Source of the DNA: an uncultured Candidatus Saccharibacteria bacterium
GTDB lineage: Bacteria > Patescibacteriota > Minisyncoccia > Phycocordibacterales > JAACPR01
Assembly (NCBI GenBank): GCA_964618845.1
Contig: CAZUCU010000002.1
Coordinates: forward strand, 24,433 to 65,000
Length of the DNA stretch: 40,568 bases
Direction of reading: 5' to 3'
Positions within the stretch are counted from its first letter, which is position 1. Each line of letters starts with the position of its first letter. This document shows positions 1 through 9,979 of the stretch, piece after piece. The notes under the pieces are model-generated. The model saw only the letters and a program-made list of their open reading frames with translations. It was not told where the DNA came from and did no database searches. A program made the position numbers and the translations under genes.

Positions 1-789
1 ACGGGAGCTCAAGGAGAAGAGTTCGCGGCTTTGATGAGAATGGCAAACAAAACACACAAATATGTAACTCTTAGAAAAACTGATACTATTTTGCTTTCCT
101 CTTCTATTATTCCTACCAATTATATGGCCGTCGTAAGACTCAAAGATCAACTTTATAGATCAGAAGCAAAAGTTATTACTTATTTAGATTCTGATGTACA
201 TGCGTCTGGCCACGGAAATCGAGAAGAATTAAAATGGATACACAATCAAATTAAATACAAATATTTTGTTCCCCTTCACGGAAATCATTATATGCTTCGG
301 CAACACGCCGAATTGTCTGTGTCCATTGGAACTCCAGAACAAAATATCGTTGTCCCAGACAATGGATCAATTATTGAAATCTCTGATAACGGAAACAAGA
401 TTCAAAAATTGGATATTAAAGTCCCAAATGAAATTGTCACTGTTGATGGTTTTGCAATTTCTGATATTCAAGATGTTGTTATACGAGATCGACAACTTTT
501 ATCCGAAGCAGGAATTTTCGTAATTGTTGCAAGTATAAATACCAGAACAGGAAGACTAAAAAAATCACCTGATATAATTTCTCGAGGTTTTGTGTATCTG
601 CGAGAATCACAAGATTTACTTTCTGAATCAAGAGAATTAATAAGAAGAACAATAGAAAGAAGCATTAGAGGAAAAACTCAAATTGATTTTGAATATCTCA
701 AAAAGAAAGTAACAGAAGAATTAACTAAATTCTTATTTCAAAAAACAGCCAAACAACCACTGGTTATACCAGTTATTTTGGGAGTTTAA
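1..789 (+). CDS. rnj: Ribonuclease J (beta-CASP metallo-beta-lactamase), C-terminal part; the 5' end lies outside the window
   Basis: Frame 1 is open from base 1 (TGAQGEEFAALMRMA...), so the listed ORF 31..789 is truncated by the window edge. HASGHGNREELKWIH and the downstream C-terminal domain resemble RNase J. Confidence 0.8.
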   Translation, partial: TGAQGEEFAALMRMANKTHKYVTLRKTDTILLSSSIIPTNYMAVVRLKDQLYRSEAKVITYLDSDVHASGHGNREELKWIHNQIKYKYFVPLHGNHYMLRQHAELSVSIGTPEQNIVVPDNGSIIEISDNGNKIQKLDIKVPNEIVTVDGFAISDIQDVVIRDRQLLSEAGIFVIVASINTRTGRLKKSPDIISRGFVYLRESQDLLSESRELIRRTIERSIRGKTQIDFEYLKKKVTEELTKFLFQKTAKQPLVIPVILGV

Positions 790-898
790 CACTATTTCCA
801 ACATAATAAAACAAAATTAAACCTTGAGATGATTATTTATTAAAAAATAAGTTTTTTTAATTTTAAAAATAATATTTATAAATGTTATAATTTAATTA

Positions 899-2059
899 AT
901 GTTATCTAACAGAAAATTAAATAAATCATTTATTTATATAATCGTTTTTCTATTTACATTACATTTAACACCCGCAACATATATTGAATCCGCTTTTCTC
1001 GGACAATTTATGAATACAGAGGGAGTTAGTTTTATTTTTTCAATTGCTTCTATTTTAACTATTATTGCTTTCTACATAATAACAAAAGGTCTTAAAAGAT
1101 TTGGAAACTACAAAACGATACTTACCGTGATAATTATCGAAATAATTTCTCTATTAATAATGGCATTTTCAAGATCTCCGATGTTTCTAATAAGTGCATA
1201 TATAGTTGGATTTACTCTGAGAAATTTAATTTGGTTTTCTTTGGATATTTTTCTTGAATCTAAAAGTAAAGACAGAGAAACCGGTGGTATTAGGGGCTAT
1301 TATCTAACTGTCATAAACATTGGATATCTTTTGGGACCAATAATAGCAAGTTTAATACTTACTGATCATCAGTATTATAAAATATTTTTCATTTCTGCAA
1401 TGTTAGAAATACCTGTTTTATTTCTCACCTTAAAATATTTGAAAAATTTTGAAGATCCAATATATCAAAAACCAAATTTACTTAAACATTTTCTTAAAAT
1501 GAGACAGGATGTCGATATTTATTTTACGGTTTTATCTAATTTTTTATTACAATTTTTTTATGCTTGGATGGTTATCTATACTCCAATTTTTTTAATTTTT
1601 GAAAAAGGTTTTGCAGTTTCTGAAGCAACAAAAATTATTTCAATTGCTTTGTTACCTTTTGTAATTTTTCAACCCTTTTTAGGAAAAATTGCTGATAAAT
1701 ATACTGGGGAAAAAGAAATATTAACAAGTGGTTTTATTATAATGGGTATTGCAACGTCCCTATTTTCTTTTATAATTTCAAAAAATTTTATTTTATGGGC
1801 AATAATTTTATTTGTAACCAGAATAGGCGCCGCGATGGTAGAATCAATGATAGAGATCCATTTATTTAAAAGAGTAGATAGTTCAAAAATAAATATAATT
1901 GGTATCTTCAGGTTGGTTAGACCCATTGCTTATCTATCAGCATCAATTTTGGCAACAGTACTTCTTTTGATTATAGACTTCAAATATTTGTTTTTAATTT
2001 TGGGAATAATAATGCTATATGGTATAAGGTTTGCATTAGCAATCAAAGATACAAAGTAG
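899..2059 (+). CDS. MFS-type transporter (multi-pass membrane protein)
   Basis: 386 aa with about 10-12 hydrophobic helices in two halves separated by a charged loop (KSKDRETGGIRGY). ATG start at 899 follows an AT-rich promoter region. Confidence 0.7.
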   Translation: MLSNRKLNKSFIYIIVFLFTLHLTPATYIESAFLGQFMNTEGVSFIFSIASILTIIAFYIITKGLKRFGNYKTILTVIIIEIISLLIMAFSRSPMFLISAYIVGFTLRNLIWFSLDIFLESKSKDRETGGIRGYYLTVINIGYLLGPIIASLILTDHQYYKIFFISAMLEIPVLFLTLKYLKNFEDPIYQKPNLLKHFLKMRQDVDIYFTVLSNFLLQFFYAWMVIYTPIFLIFEKGFAVSEATKIISIALLPFVIFQPFLGKIADKYTGEKEILTSGFIIMGIATSLFSFIISKNFILWAIILFVTRIGAAMVESMIEIHLFKRVDSSKINIIGIFRLVRPIAYLSASILATVLLLIIDFKYLFLILGIIMLYGIRFALAIKDTK

Positions 2060-2060
2060 A

Positions 2061-2303
2061 TTAATTTAATATTTTATGTTTGAATAGAAAATTTCTTACT
2101 TCTTCTACTCCTACATCAGGAAGAATTTCCCCATTTAGATCCAGGGTTGGACATTTTTCTTGTCCTGATTTTTCCTTAAGCTCATCAAAATTTTTTAAAT
2201 GATTAGTTACATTTTTTTCTTCAAATTTTATTTCTTTTTCTTTTAAAAATTCCAAAACCTCAAGACACCAGGGGCACCCCGTTTTTGTGTAAATTATTAA
2301 CAT
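2061..2303 (-). CDS. Glutaredoxin-like small redox protein
   Basis: 80 aa. N-terminal beta-strand followed by CPWC (IYTKTGCPWCLEVLEFL) is the classical glutaredoxin/thioredoxin-fold active site. Confidence 0.8.
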   Translation of the reverse strand: MLIIYTKTGCPWCLEVLEFLKEKEIKFEEKNVTNHLKNFDELKEKSGQEKCPTLDLNGEILPDVGVEEVRNFLFKHKILN

Positions 2304-2314
2304 ATTAAGTGATT

Positions 2315-2998
2315 TTATTTTCTATTTTTTTTCTTGTTAAGAGAAACGTTATCCAAAATTTCTTCTACTTTCTTTTTGCCACCCAAACCAACCGCCAAAG
2401 AAACTGCCAAAACTATACCAGCAAAAAGAATTTGAATCAAAGATGGTGCAATCCCAATTTGAAGCAATGCTGCCAAACCTGCAAAAACTATTAATGACCA
2501 TTTTGTAATTTGCCCCAAAATTTCTGGTCGTTCAACAGGAGTATTAGATCCTGTTAATGTTCGAGTAACAATTGTTTGAAAAAAATTTCCAGCGATAATA
2601 CCAAAAACCAAAATAACAACCGAAATTAAGACATTTGGAATATAGAAAATAATTTCATTCAAAAATACAGTTACCCGAGTCCAACCCAATACTTCAGCGG
2701 CCGCCATTACAAATGCCAAGATGAAAAACCATTTTACCAATTTTCCAATCAAAAGTGCAATTGAAAAATTTGATGAATAGCCCCTGAATATTTCTTTAAT
2801 CCCAATTTTTTCTAATAAAACATCGATTTTTATAAGATCAATAAACTTTTTTATTATTCCACCCAAAATTGGAGCAATAATAAAACCAACTAAAATTATT
2901 ATTACTGCACCAATTAAATCAGGGAGAATAGTGACCAGCCTACCCCACAAACTAATGAGGGAAACCTGGACAACTTCTGCAAATGTATATCCGGACAT
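2315..2998 (-). CDS. Membrane protein with repeated conserved TM helices (MscS-related TM-helix family-like)
   Basis: Repeated hydrophobic helices with flanking K-rich linkers. ATG at 2998 (MSGYTFAEV) is preferred over the GTG at 3043 used by the ORF track. Confidence 0.55.
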   Translation of the reverse strand: MSGYTFAEVVQVSLISLWGRLVTILPDLIGAVIIILVGFIIAPILGGIIKKFIDLIKIDVLLEKIGIKEIFRGYSSNFSIALLIGKLVKWFFILAFVMAAAEVLGWTRVTVFLNEIIFYIPNVLISVVILVFGIIAGNFFQTIVTRTLTGSNTPVERPEILGQITKWSLIVFAGLAALLQIGIAPSLIQILFAGIVLAVSLAVGLGGKKKVEEILDNVSLNKKKNRK

Positions 2999-3169
2999 AA
3001 AAATTAAATTATTACTAATAATCCGACCCTTTAATTTTAACACTGAAAAGTCAAAAAGTCCTTATTTTTACACACCTTAAATAAAACATTAAATTTCATT
3101 AAAAAACAATTAACAGATTTTCCACAAATCAAATTGACGACCTGTTGCATTTTTAATATAAATAAATCA

Positions 3170-3838
3170 ATGAAAATATTAATAATTGAAGATGATAGTT
3201 CAATTCGAAATATCTTACGAATAGGACTTGAATCCAAGTCTTTTGCTGTCGATACAGCTGAAGACGGAGAATCTGGCTCTTTTATGGCCAGAACAAATAA
3301 TTACGACCTAATAGTCCTCGATAATGTCCTCCCACAAAAAATGGGGGGACATGTTTGTATGGAGATCAGAGAACTTGGAATTTACACACCAATATTAATT
3401 TTATCTGCGAAAACAGAAGTAATAGATAAGATTGAATTATTAGATTTAGGAGCAGACGATTATATGACAAAACCTTTTTCTTTTGATGAGTTGATATCTA
3501 GAATATACGCATTAACTAGAAGATCAAAAAATATCCATGGAGAAATAATCAATGTAAAAGATCTAAAATTAAATAGAAAAAAACAAATAATTTATAAAAA
3601 TGATCAAGAATTAACTCTTACAAAAAAAGAATACATCCTTTTAGAATTTTTGATTTCAAATAGAGATTCAATAATATCACGTGGTCAAATATTAGATCAT
3701 GTTTGGGACCTGAGAAGTAATCCTTTTTCTAATACTTTAGAAGTTCATATGACAGGAATTAGGAAAAAAATTGGTGATATTAATAAAACCCTTATTGAAT
3801 CAATACCCGGAAGAGGTTACAGACTTAATACTAAATAA
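3170..3838 (+). CDS. OmpR-family response regulator (receiver + winged-helix DNA-binding domain)
   Basis: MKILIIEDD, DLIVLD phospho-acceptor region, MTKPF, and C-terminal LTKKEYILLEFL...PGRGYRL winged helix. The ATG at 3170 is the likely start; the track start at 3134 is TTG. Confidence 0.9.
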   Translation: MKILIIEDDSSIRNILRIGLESKSFAVDTAEDGESGSFMARTNNYDLIVLDNVLPQKMGGHVCMEIRELGIYTPILILSAKTEVIDKIELLDLGADDYMTKPFSFDELISRIYALTRRSKNIHGEIINVKDLKLNRKKQIIYKNDQELTLTKKEYILLEFLISNRDSIISRGQILDHVWDLRSNPFSNTLEVHMTGIRKKIGDINKTLIESIPGRGYRLNTK

Positions 3839-3839
3839 T

Positions 3840-4592
3840 ATGCAAAGTCAGGTTATCAGAAAAATACAGAATAAAAAAGTCTTAGTAGACATCAGCACAG
3901 CTAAAATAGATAGCGAAAATTTAACTACAATAGAAAAATATGCACAAATTGGACAATTATCATCTGGTCTAATTCATGACTTAATAAGTCCAATTACTTC
4001 CTTAAACATGCAAATTGAAATATTGGATGAAAATACAATAAAAAGCCCCCTCTTTATAGATTCAATAAAAAATGCTATTAAAAATATAAACAAATATGCT
4101 GAGTTAATAAAAACCTATATTAGTGGTAAAAAATATGAAAGAATAATTTTACTTGACGAAGAAATCCAAAAAGCCTTAGAGTTAATATCCTATAAAGCAA
4201 TAAAAAATAATATTCAAATCCAATTCATAAGACAAAAAAATATTTTTATGCAAACTAATCCTGTCTTAATTTATCAAATTATTATCAGTTTAGTTTCGAA
4301 TGCAATAGAATCTTTTAGAGACTTTGATAAAAAAAGAAGGATAATAATAAAACTTGAAGAAAAGAAAAAATATCTGAGTTTAATAGTAATTGATTTTGGA
4401 GAAGGTATAAAAAATATTAAAAAAATTTTTAATCCATTTTACACAACCAAAAAGGATCGTGGTGGTACTGGTATCGGTTTATCAAGTGTAAAACATATAG
4501 TAGAAAAAGAATTCAATGGAAAAATAAAAGTAAAAAGTAAAATAGAAAAAGGATCAACTTTTCAGATATTTTTAAAAAAAGATATTATTTAA
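3840..4592 (+). CDS. Histidine kinase without transmembrane or sensor domain (HisKA-like + HATPase_c)
   Basis: H-box LSSGLIHDLISPITSL, N-box LVSNAIES, G-boxes IDFGEGI and GGTGIGLS. ATG at 3840 lies 1 nt after the regulator stop (3836-3838). No hydrophobic segment is present. Confidence 0.85.
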   Translation: MQSQVIRKIQNKKVLVDISTAKIDSENLTTIEKYAQIGQLSSGLIHDLISPITSLNMQIEILDENTIKSPLFIDSIKNAIKNINKYAELIKTYISGKKYERIILLDEEIQKALELISYKAIKNNIQIQFIRQKNIFMQTNPVLIYQIIISLVSNAIESFRDFDKKRRIIIKLEEKKKYLSLIVIDFGEGIKNIKKIFNPFYTTKKDRGGTGIGLSSVKHIVEKEFNGKIKVKSKIEKGSTFQIFLKKDII

Positions 4593-5583
4593 AAAGTTCT
4601 TTTCCTCTTTCAAAATACCAATCATTTCCTTGTTTCTTCATATAATACCACCACTCCGCACCCCATAAATATTGAGTTTTAAAACCCGTTTTTCTGGCAA
4701 AATTTAAAACATTTTCAAAATGTTTTTTACTCATTCTTTGTGTTTGGATTTCTAAGGATTCGTCTTTCACTTGTTTATCAAGCCAGGGTTCCAAAGAAAG
4801 TTCAACAATAATTGCTTCTTTTTTACCATACAAAATATTCCAAATATTTCTTCTCATAGAATAATAACTTGGCCAAACAAAATTTCTAAAATCACCAAAA
4901 TATTTATTCCAAGCATAAATATACAAAGTAGTACCAAAGATATCTCCTCTTTTATATGTCTTTCTCCAAGTACTCAATTCCCCACTATCTGTAATCAAGA
5001 TCTCTCTTGTTGGATCCAAATTCTTGACAAGGATTATTTCTTTATCAAAAAAATCTTTGTCAAAATTATTGCAATGTTGGCTTGCAAAAATTGACAAAAA
5101 TGGTTCATTTTCAACTTGCCAAATTTTTATATTTTTATTTTCTCTATATCTAAGAATGACCTTCTCAATATATTGTAGGATTTTTTCTTCTGTTTCTTTT
5201 TGATTTAGATCTTGTGCCCAAAGAGGGACATGACACTCCGGCCATCTGGGTAATCTTTTACCAACTGCCAAAATAATTTCCATGTTCTGTTTAGAAGCCT
5301 CACTTACTTGATAGTCAATTTCGTCAAAATTAAATTTGTTGTTTTCTGGCATTACTAAATTCCAATGAGCCGATAACCTAATTTTTTTAGGCTTTAGATC
5401 TTTAATTATTACATCATATACTTCTTTCCAATCAAGACCCAACTCTTTGGCATATAAGGTATTAAAAGAAACGCCATAATTAATTTTTTCTGGTATTTGT
5501 CTATATGAAATAACACAATAAAAAATAATCAGTAAACCTGTTATTAAAAGTATTTTTAAGAATTTTTTAATTTTAAATTTCAT
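4585..5583 (-). CDS. Membrane-anchored glycoside hydrolase, TIM-barrel clan GH-A (GH5/GH42-like)
   Basis: N-terminal TM anchor (LLITGLLIIFYCVI). IWQVENEP acid/base NEP motif after a beta-strand. The exact family is not assignable by eye. Confidence 0.55.
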   Translation of the reverse strand: MKFKIKKFLKILLITGLLIIFYCVISYRQIPEKINYGVSFNTLYAKELGLDWKEVYDVIIKDLKPKKIRLSAHWNLVMPENNKFNFDEIDYQVSEASKQNMEIILAVGKRLPRWPECHVPLWAQDLNQKETEEKILQYIEKVILRYRENKNIKIWQVENEPFLSIFASQHCNNFDKDFFDKEIILVKNLDPTREILITDSGELSTWRKTYKRGDIFGTTLYIYAWNKYFGDFRNFVWPSYYSMRRNIWNILYGKKEAIIVELSLEPWLDKQVKDESLEIQTQRMSKKHFENVLNFARKTGFKTQYLWGAEWWYYMKKQGNDWYFERGKELFK

Positions 5584-5586
5584 AAA

Positions 5587-6519
5587 TTATATAAATAATA
5601 ATACAAATCCTATAAAAATTAATGATATTGAGACAACTTTTTGAAAAATATCTTTAGAAGAAACATTTTCTCCAAAATCAGGGTGTGTGTTTTTACCCAA
5701 AAATAAAGCAAAGATAAATAAAAATAAAAATTGTAAGCCACCAAGAGATTGAACAATAACAACATCTCCAAAATCAATTGCTTTAGTAATCATAAGTCCT
5801 CCAATACCAGCTAAAATTTTACCAAAAATTATTATTTTATCTGCTTTTTTTATATCTGAGGATTTTCTATGTCTAAAAATAGACCTTCTGATATCAGGAA
5901 TAAAAAACATACAAAGAGAAAGCAAAACCGCAAAAGCACTATACCAAAAAAAACCATTATCAAATCCAGTATCAGAAAATAATTTTTTTAAAGAAATAGA
6001 GTGAAATGCCAAAAGAATAGAGGAAGCAATTGTGAAATAAAAAGTTTGTCTATCAAATCTAAAGTGTGAGACAAAAAGTGTCCCCGTCACAAGAAAAATA
6101 AAACCAAAAAGGAATGTTGAACTTAAAACTTGTCTAAAATACAAAAAACTAAGAAGAAGAACAAAAAAGGCAGAAACGGATCCAACCACGGGGAAAACAT
6201 CAGAAGCATCAGCTTTTACTAATGCTTTATACAAAAAATACAAACCAGAAAGTAAAAAAGATGCTGCTAAAATTGAATGTAAAAAAACATAAGTATCTGG
6301 CCAAGAAACATTTGAAAGAGAAGGTAATCCATCTACCCATCTACCCAAAAACAAATCAAAAGTGTAGAGAAATAAAGAAAAAACTACTAATATTCCAGTA
6401 TAAAAAACATACAGACTCGGTCTTGGAACTTTTTTGGAAGTCACCAAAAATTTATCAATAAGTGCTACTATTGAATTTATAAATTGTGCTCCGATTGCTA
6501 ATATTAACCAAAGTGTCAT
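5587..6519 (-). CDS. Polytopic membrane protein, DMT/EamA-like
   Basis: 310 aa with about 10 hydrophobic helices arranged as two similar halves. No catalytic motif was recognised. Confidence 0.45.
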   Translation of the reverse strand: MTLWLILAIGAQFINSIVALIDKFLVTSKKVPRPSLYVFYTGILVVFSLFLYTFDLFLGRWVDGLPSLSNVSWPDTYVFLHSILAASFLLSGLYFLYKALVKADASDVFPVVGSVSAFFVLLLSFLYFRQVLSSTFLFGFIFLVTGTLFVSHFRFDRQTFYFTIASSILLAFHSISLKKLFSDTGFDNGFFWYSAFAVLLSLCMFFIPDIRRSIFRHRKSSDIKKADKIIIFGKILAGIGGLMITKAIDFGDVVIVQSLGGLQFLFLFIFALFLGKNTHPDFGENVSSKDIFQKVVSISLIFIGFVLLFI

Positions 6520-6524
6520 AAATT

Positions 6525-7718
6525 TTATGTTGTTACCTCGTTAGATTCACAGATTTTTTTGTACTCATAAGCTGAAGGCCTTATTTTCCTTTCTTTTGTC
6601 AGCATATCTACTTCTACTAAGCCAAATTTTTTGGAAAAACCCCAACCCCACTCATAATTGTCAAGTAAAGACCAGTACAAAAAACCCTTAACATCAACAC
6701 CTTTTTCTATTGCCTTGTAGATAGCAACAACCAAATCTTTGATATATTCTGCACGATAATGGTCTTTTTTATCAGCAATACCGGCTTCTGTTATATAAAT
6801 TGGTTTTTTGTATCGTTTCATATCTTCCAAAACATATTCTATTCCTTCTGGGTATAGGTCCCACCCCATATCATTTTTTACATATTTTTCTTTCTTACCA
6901 AATTCAGTATGAAAATAATAATTTAATCCAATATGATCAAAATAATTATTTATTTTATTCATAAACATCTTATTCCAAAAACGGTCTGTAAAAAATCTAT
7001 AAATATGGTGAATAATATTAAATTTGGAATATTTTGAAACATGTATATACATATTATTTTTTATAATACCAACATTGGCACTGGGGACATCCTCTTTTAT
7101 TTCTTCATAAGAAATTTTGTGGGCTTTGGCTAAATTATTAAAAACTCTCCAAAATCTATTTATCTTAAAAATATCAAAGGGTGGCCACTGCCCCCATAAA
7201 TAAGAGTTTGTTGAATAAACTACTGGTTCATTTATGGTTGACCACAAAATTCCTTCTTCATTTAATTCTTTAACAACATGTTTGCAATAACGAGAGAAAT
7301 AACCTATAGATTCTTTATTCGCAAATCCACCTTTTTGAATAAACCATAAAGGTAAAGTAAAATGCCACAAAGTTACAAGTGGTTTAAGTCCTTTCTCTTT
7401 TAGTGCTTTGATAACCTGCCTATAGTGCTCTATTTCATCATTATCAAATTTAGATTCTTCTGGCTCAATTCTTGACCATTCTATAGAAATTCTGTGTGCA
7501 TTGTGACCTAAGGATTTTGCAATATCAAAATCTTCTTTAAATCTATTGTAGTGATCTGTTGCAGAACCTGCTGGCATAACCTTGCCCTCTTTGGCAGCTT
7601 CTGCCCAATCATTATTAAAAATTCCACCCTCTACTTGATATGAAGAAGTGGAAGCTCCCCACAAAAATCCGTCTGGAAATTTAAAAATACGTGTCATTGT
7701 GTATATTATATTAGACAT
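6525..7718 (-). CDS. GH1 family beta-glucosidase
   Basis: FPDGFLWGASTSSYQVEGG N-terminal signature, TINEP acid/base and YITEAG nucleophile motifs. An alternative ATG at 7697 (MTRIFKFP) is equally plausible. Confidence 0.9.
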   Translation of the reverse strand: MSNIIYTMTRIFKFPDGFLWGASTSSYQVEGGIFNNDWAEAAKEGKVMPAGSATDHYNRFKEDFDIAKSLGHNAHRISIEWSRIEPEESKFDNDEIEHYRQVIKALKEKGLKPLVTLWHFTLPLWFIQKGGFANKESIGYFSRYCKHVVKELNEEGILWSTINEPVVYSTNSYLWGQWPPFDIFKINRFWRVFNNLAKAHKISYEEIKEDVPSANVGIIKNNMYIHVSKYSKFNIIHHIYRFFTDRFWNKMFMNKINNYFDHIGLNYYFHTEFGKKEKYVKNDMGWDLYPEGIEYVLEDMKRYKKPIYITEAGIADKKDHYRAEYIKDLVVAIYKAIEKGVDVKGFLYWSLLDNYEWGWGFSKKFGLVEVDMLTKERKIRPSAYEYKKICESNEVTT

Positions 7719-7772
7719 TTAGGCATTTAGAAAGACGAGACATTTAGACAGATAGGCATTTAGATATTTAGA
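7715..7772. repeat. Five direct copies of (C)ATTTAG(A) upstream of tRNA-Gln
   Basis: Copies: acatttag 7715-7722, gcatttaga 7723-7731, acatttaga 7740-7748, gcatttaga 7756-7764, tatttaga 7765-7772. Confidence 0.6.
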
Positions 7773-7802
7773 ATTTTGAAAAAAATGATAATATGTGGAT
7801 AT

Positions 7803-7873
7803 TGCTGGTTCGTCTAATGGTAGGACATCGCCCTCTGGAGGCGAGTATTGGGGTTCGAGTCCCTGACCAGCAG
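7803..7873 (+). tRNA. tRNA-Gln (anticodon CTG)
   Basis: Hand-folded cloverleaf. Acceptor TGCTGGT/ACCAGCA with U1-A72 and discriminator G. Anticodon arm TCGCC-CTCTGGA-GGCGA. T-arm TGGGG-TTCGAGT-CCCTG. CCA is not encoded. Confidence 0.85.
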
Positions 7874-7939
7874 CTAAAACGATAGAGAATCTTAAATATA
7901 AAAATAAACACAAAAACAAAATATGTTATAATTACAACA

Positions 7940-8116
7940 ATGCAGAGGAAAAATAGTGGTTTAATTGGATTTATTGTACTTTTAATTTTGCTTCTGGTAA
8001 GTGGGGCAATCGTTTTTTTGGTGAAATATGAAGCAAAGGCTTACGAGATTTTTAATCGATATATAAGCGATGAACTTATAGAAAAAATCTTAAGTTTATT
8101 TTCTCTAAATTCCTAA
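7940..8116 (+). CDS. Small single-TM protein (58 aa), hypothetical
   Basis: ATG ORF MQRKNSGLIGFIVLLILLLVSGAIVFLV... below the ORF-track size cut-off. The only support is the hydrophobic helix and an otherwise empty gap. Confidence 0.3.
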   Translation: MQRKNSGLIGFIVLLILLLVSGAIVFLVKYEAKAYEIFNRYISDELIEKILSLFSLNS

Positions 8117-8311
8117 ATTCGACAAATTTTGATAAGTGTCCAGAAAAGACGGAATAGCAAAAAGAATACCTATAAGTGGTAAAACGAAAGCCACGATCGA
8201 TACAATAACAAAAATCATTATATATTTTTTAACCTTCTTAATATAATTGCTCATCTCCTCTATTTTCCTATCTTGCTCGGCAAGTTTGTTCAAAATTTCT
8301 TGCTCATTCAT
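8105..8311 (-). CDS. Small C-terminally anchored membrane protein, hypothetical
   Basis: ATG at 8311 (MNEQEILNKLAEQDRKIEE...) followed by one TM helix (IMIFVIVSIVAFVLPLIGILFAI). Confidence 0.4.
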   Translation of the reverse strand: MNEQEILNKLAEQDRKIEEMSNYIKKVKKYIMIFVIVSIVAFVLPLIGILFAIPSFLDTYQNLSNLGI

Positions 8312-8351
8312 ATTAATATAAGTATAACAAAAAAATGATATAATCACCCCA

Positions 8352-9032
8352 ATGAAAATAGCAATTGAGGGAAAAAATAAAGAAGAAATTATAAAACTTT
8401 TAAAAAATAAAAAAGTAGAAATAGTAGATAAAAAACCAGATTTCGTTTTTAGTCATGGTGGCGATGGTGCTTTTTTGTTTGCTGAAAATAAATATCCAGG
8501 AATTCCAAAATTAATTTTACGAGCAAACAGTATATGCAAACTCTGTGACAAAAGGTCAAATAAAAAGCTTATAGACTTATTTTTTAATAACAAATATATT
8601 ATTGAAAAAAATATTAAGATCGAAGTAATTTATAAAAACAAAAAAATGGTTGCTACCAATGACATAACTTTACACAACGCTGACCCCAGACATGCTATTC
8701 GCTATTTGACAAAAATTGAGGGAAAGAAAAATCACGAAAAAGAAATAATTGGTGATGGAGTTGTCGTCTCTACCCCACTTGGATCAAGTGGATATTATAG
8801 AAGTATTACAGATAGTATTTTTTATACGGGAATTGGATTGGCATTCAATAATAGTACAGAAGCTTCTGATCATATGGTTTTAAAAGAAAATTCGAAAATT
8901 GAAATAATAATTACTAGAGGCCCCGCCAAAGTTTATGCAGATAACCAAGAAAATTTTTTTGAATTAAAAGAAGGTGATAAAATATTAATTCAAAAATCAA
9001 AAAACTTAGGCAAACTAATTAAAATAAACTAA
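8352..9032 (+). CDS. nadK: NAD(+) kinase (short form)
   Basis: GGDGAFL (GGDG motif), NDITL, and DGVVVSTPLGSSGYYRS (compare the TPTGSTAY motif). Confidence 0.75.
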   Translation: MKIAIEGKNKEEIIKLLKNKKVEIVDKKPDFVFSHGGDGAFLFAENKYPGIPKLILRANSICKLCDKRSNKKLIDLFFNNKYIIEKNIKIEVIYKNKKMVATNDITLHNADPRHAIRYLTKIEGKKNHEKEIIGDGVVVSTPLGSSGYYRSITDSIFYTGIGLAFNNSTEASDHMVLKENSKIEIIITRGPAKVYADNQENFFELKEGDKILIQKSKNLGKLIKIN

Positions 9033-9967
9033 CTTTTTTTTCTCTGTTCTCTCAAATACCTCTTTATTGCAAAAAAACTTGAAACTGAACCGATAAGAAT
9101 TCCACAAGAAAATATTATCAAGAAAATTTGTCCAAAAGATCGCAAATAATATTCAAAAATATTCATTCCATTAAAAAATGAGGCCGTTGTTGGACCAAGC
9201 CAGTAAGTTATTGGATATAAAATTATCAAAGTAACAATCGAAGCAAAAACTCCATACATAAGACCCGTAACTATAAATGGTCCGGAGATATAAGATCCCG
9301 AAGCTCCAACTAATCTCATAACCTTTATTTCATCTCTTGACAGATGCATAGATAAACGAATCGTGTTGAAAGTTATAATTATAGATATAATAATAAATAT
9401 AATAGATATTATCGCACCCAATTTTTCACCCGCTTCAATCATTTGACTTAATTTTTGAATTGTTTCTTTGTTTTGATTATAATTTACGTCCTCAATAATT
9501 GATTCCGGTAAATCAGTAGGATAATTTTGTTCAAAAAATAACGCCAAATTTTCATATTGAGAAGTTTCTTTGGCCTTAATATTCAAAATCGCACCTAAGG
9601 GATTTTCTTCTAATTCATCCAATGCTTCTAATATTTGTTCATTGTTTTTGTGTCTGAATTCAAAATTCTCAAGTGCTTGTTCTTTTGAAATATATTCAAC
9701 ATATTCAACTTCTGGAAGATTTTCTGCTTCTTTCTTTACCACCAATATATTTTCTTCACTCGCCTCAGGTAAAAAATACACATTAACATCAACTTTATTT
9801 CTTATTTCTTCTAAAGTTTTATTTAAAAGAGCACTCGAAAAAATCAACATAGAAAAAACAAAAAGGGTAATTGTCATTATCAAAATTGCAGATAAAGATA
9901 CAAAAGTATTTCTAAAAAAATTTACGAAACCAGTTTTTAATATTCTTTTTATATTTAACCAAAACAT
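9029..9967 (-). CDS. ftsX: Cell-division ABC permease FtsX
   Basis: N-terminal TM, extracytoplasmic domain, then three C-terminal TMs. It lies directly downstream of ftsE. Confidence 0.85.
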   Translation of the reverse strand: MFWLNIKRILKTGFVNFFRNTFVSLSAILIMTITLFVFSMLIFSSALLNKTLEEIRNKVDVNVYFLPEASEENILVVKKEAENLPEVEYVEYISKEQALENFEFRHKNNEQILEALDELEENPLGAILNIKAKETSQYENLALFFEQNYPTDLPESIIEDVNYNQNKETIQKLSQMIEAGEKLGAIISIIFIIISIIITFNTIRLSMHLSRDEIKVMRLVGASGSYISGPFIVTGLMYGVFASIVTLIILYPITYWLGPTTASFFNGMNIFEYYLRSFGQIFLIIFSCGILIGSVSSFFAIKRYLREQRKKS

Positions 9968-9979
9968 ATTTAATAAAAA

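Noticed and set aside
7719-7919. ORF-track CDSs overlapping tRNA genes: 7719..7919, the N-terminal 32 codons of 11533..12276, 12017..12244 and 21292..21495.
   Set aside because: Each is explained by a hand-folded tRNA (Gln, Thr, Asp) on that DNA. The peptide sequences are translations of tRNA arms.
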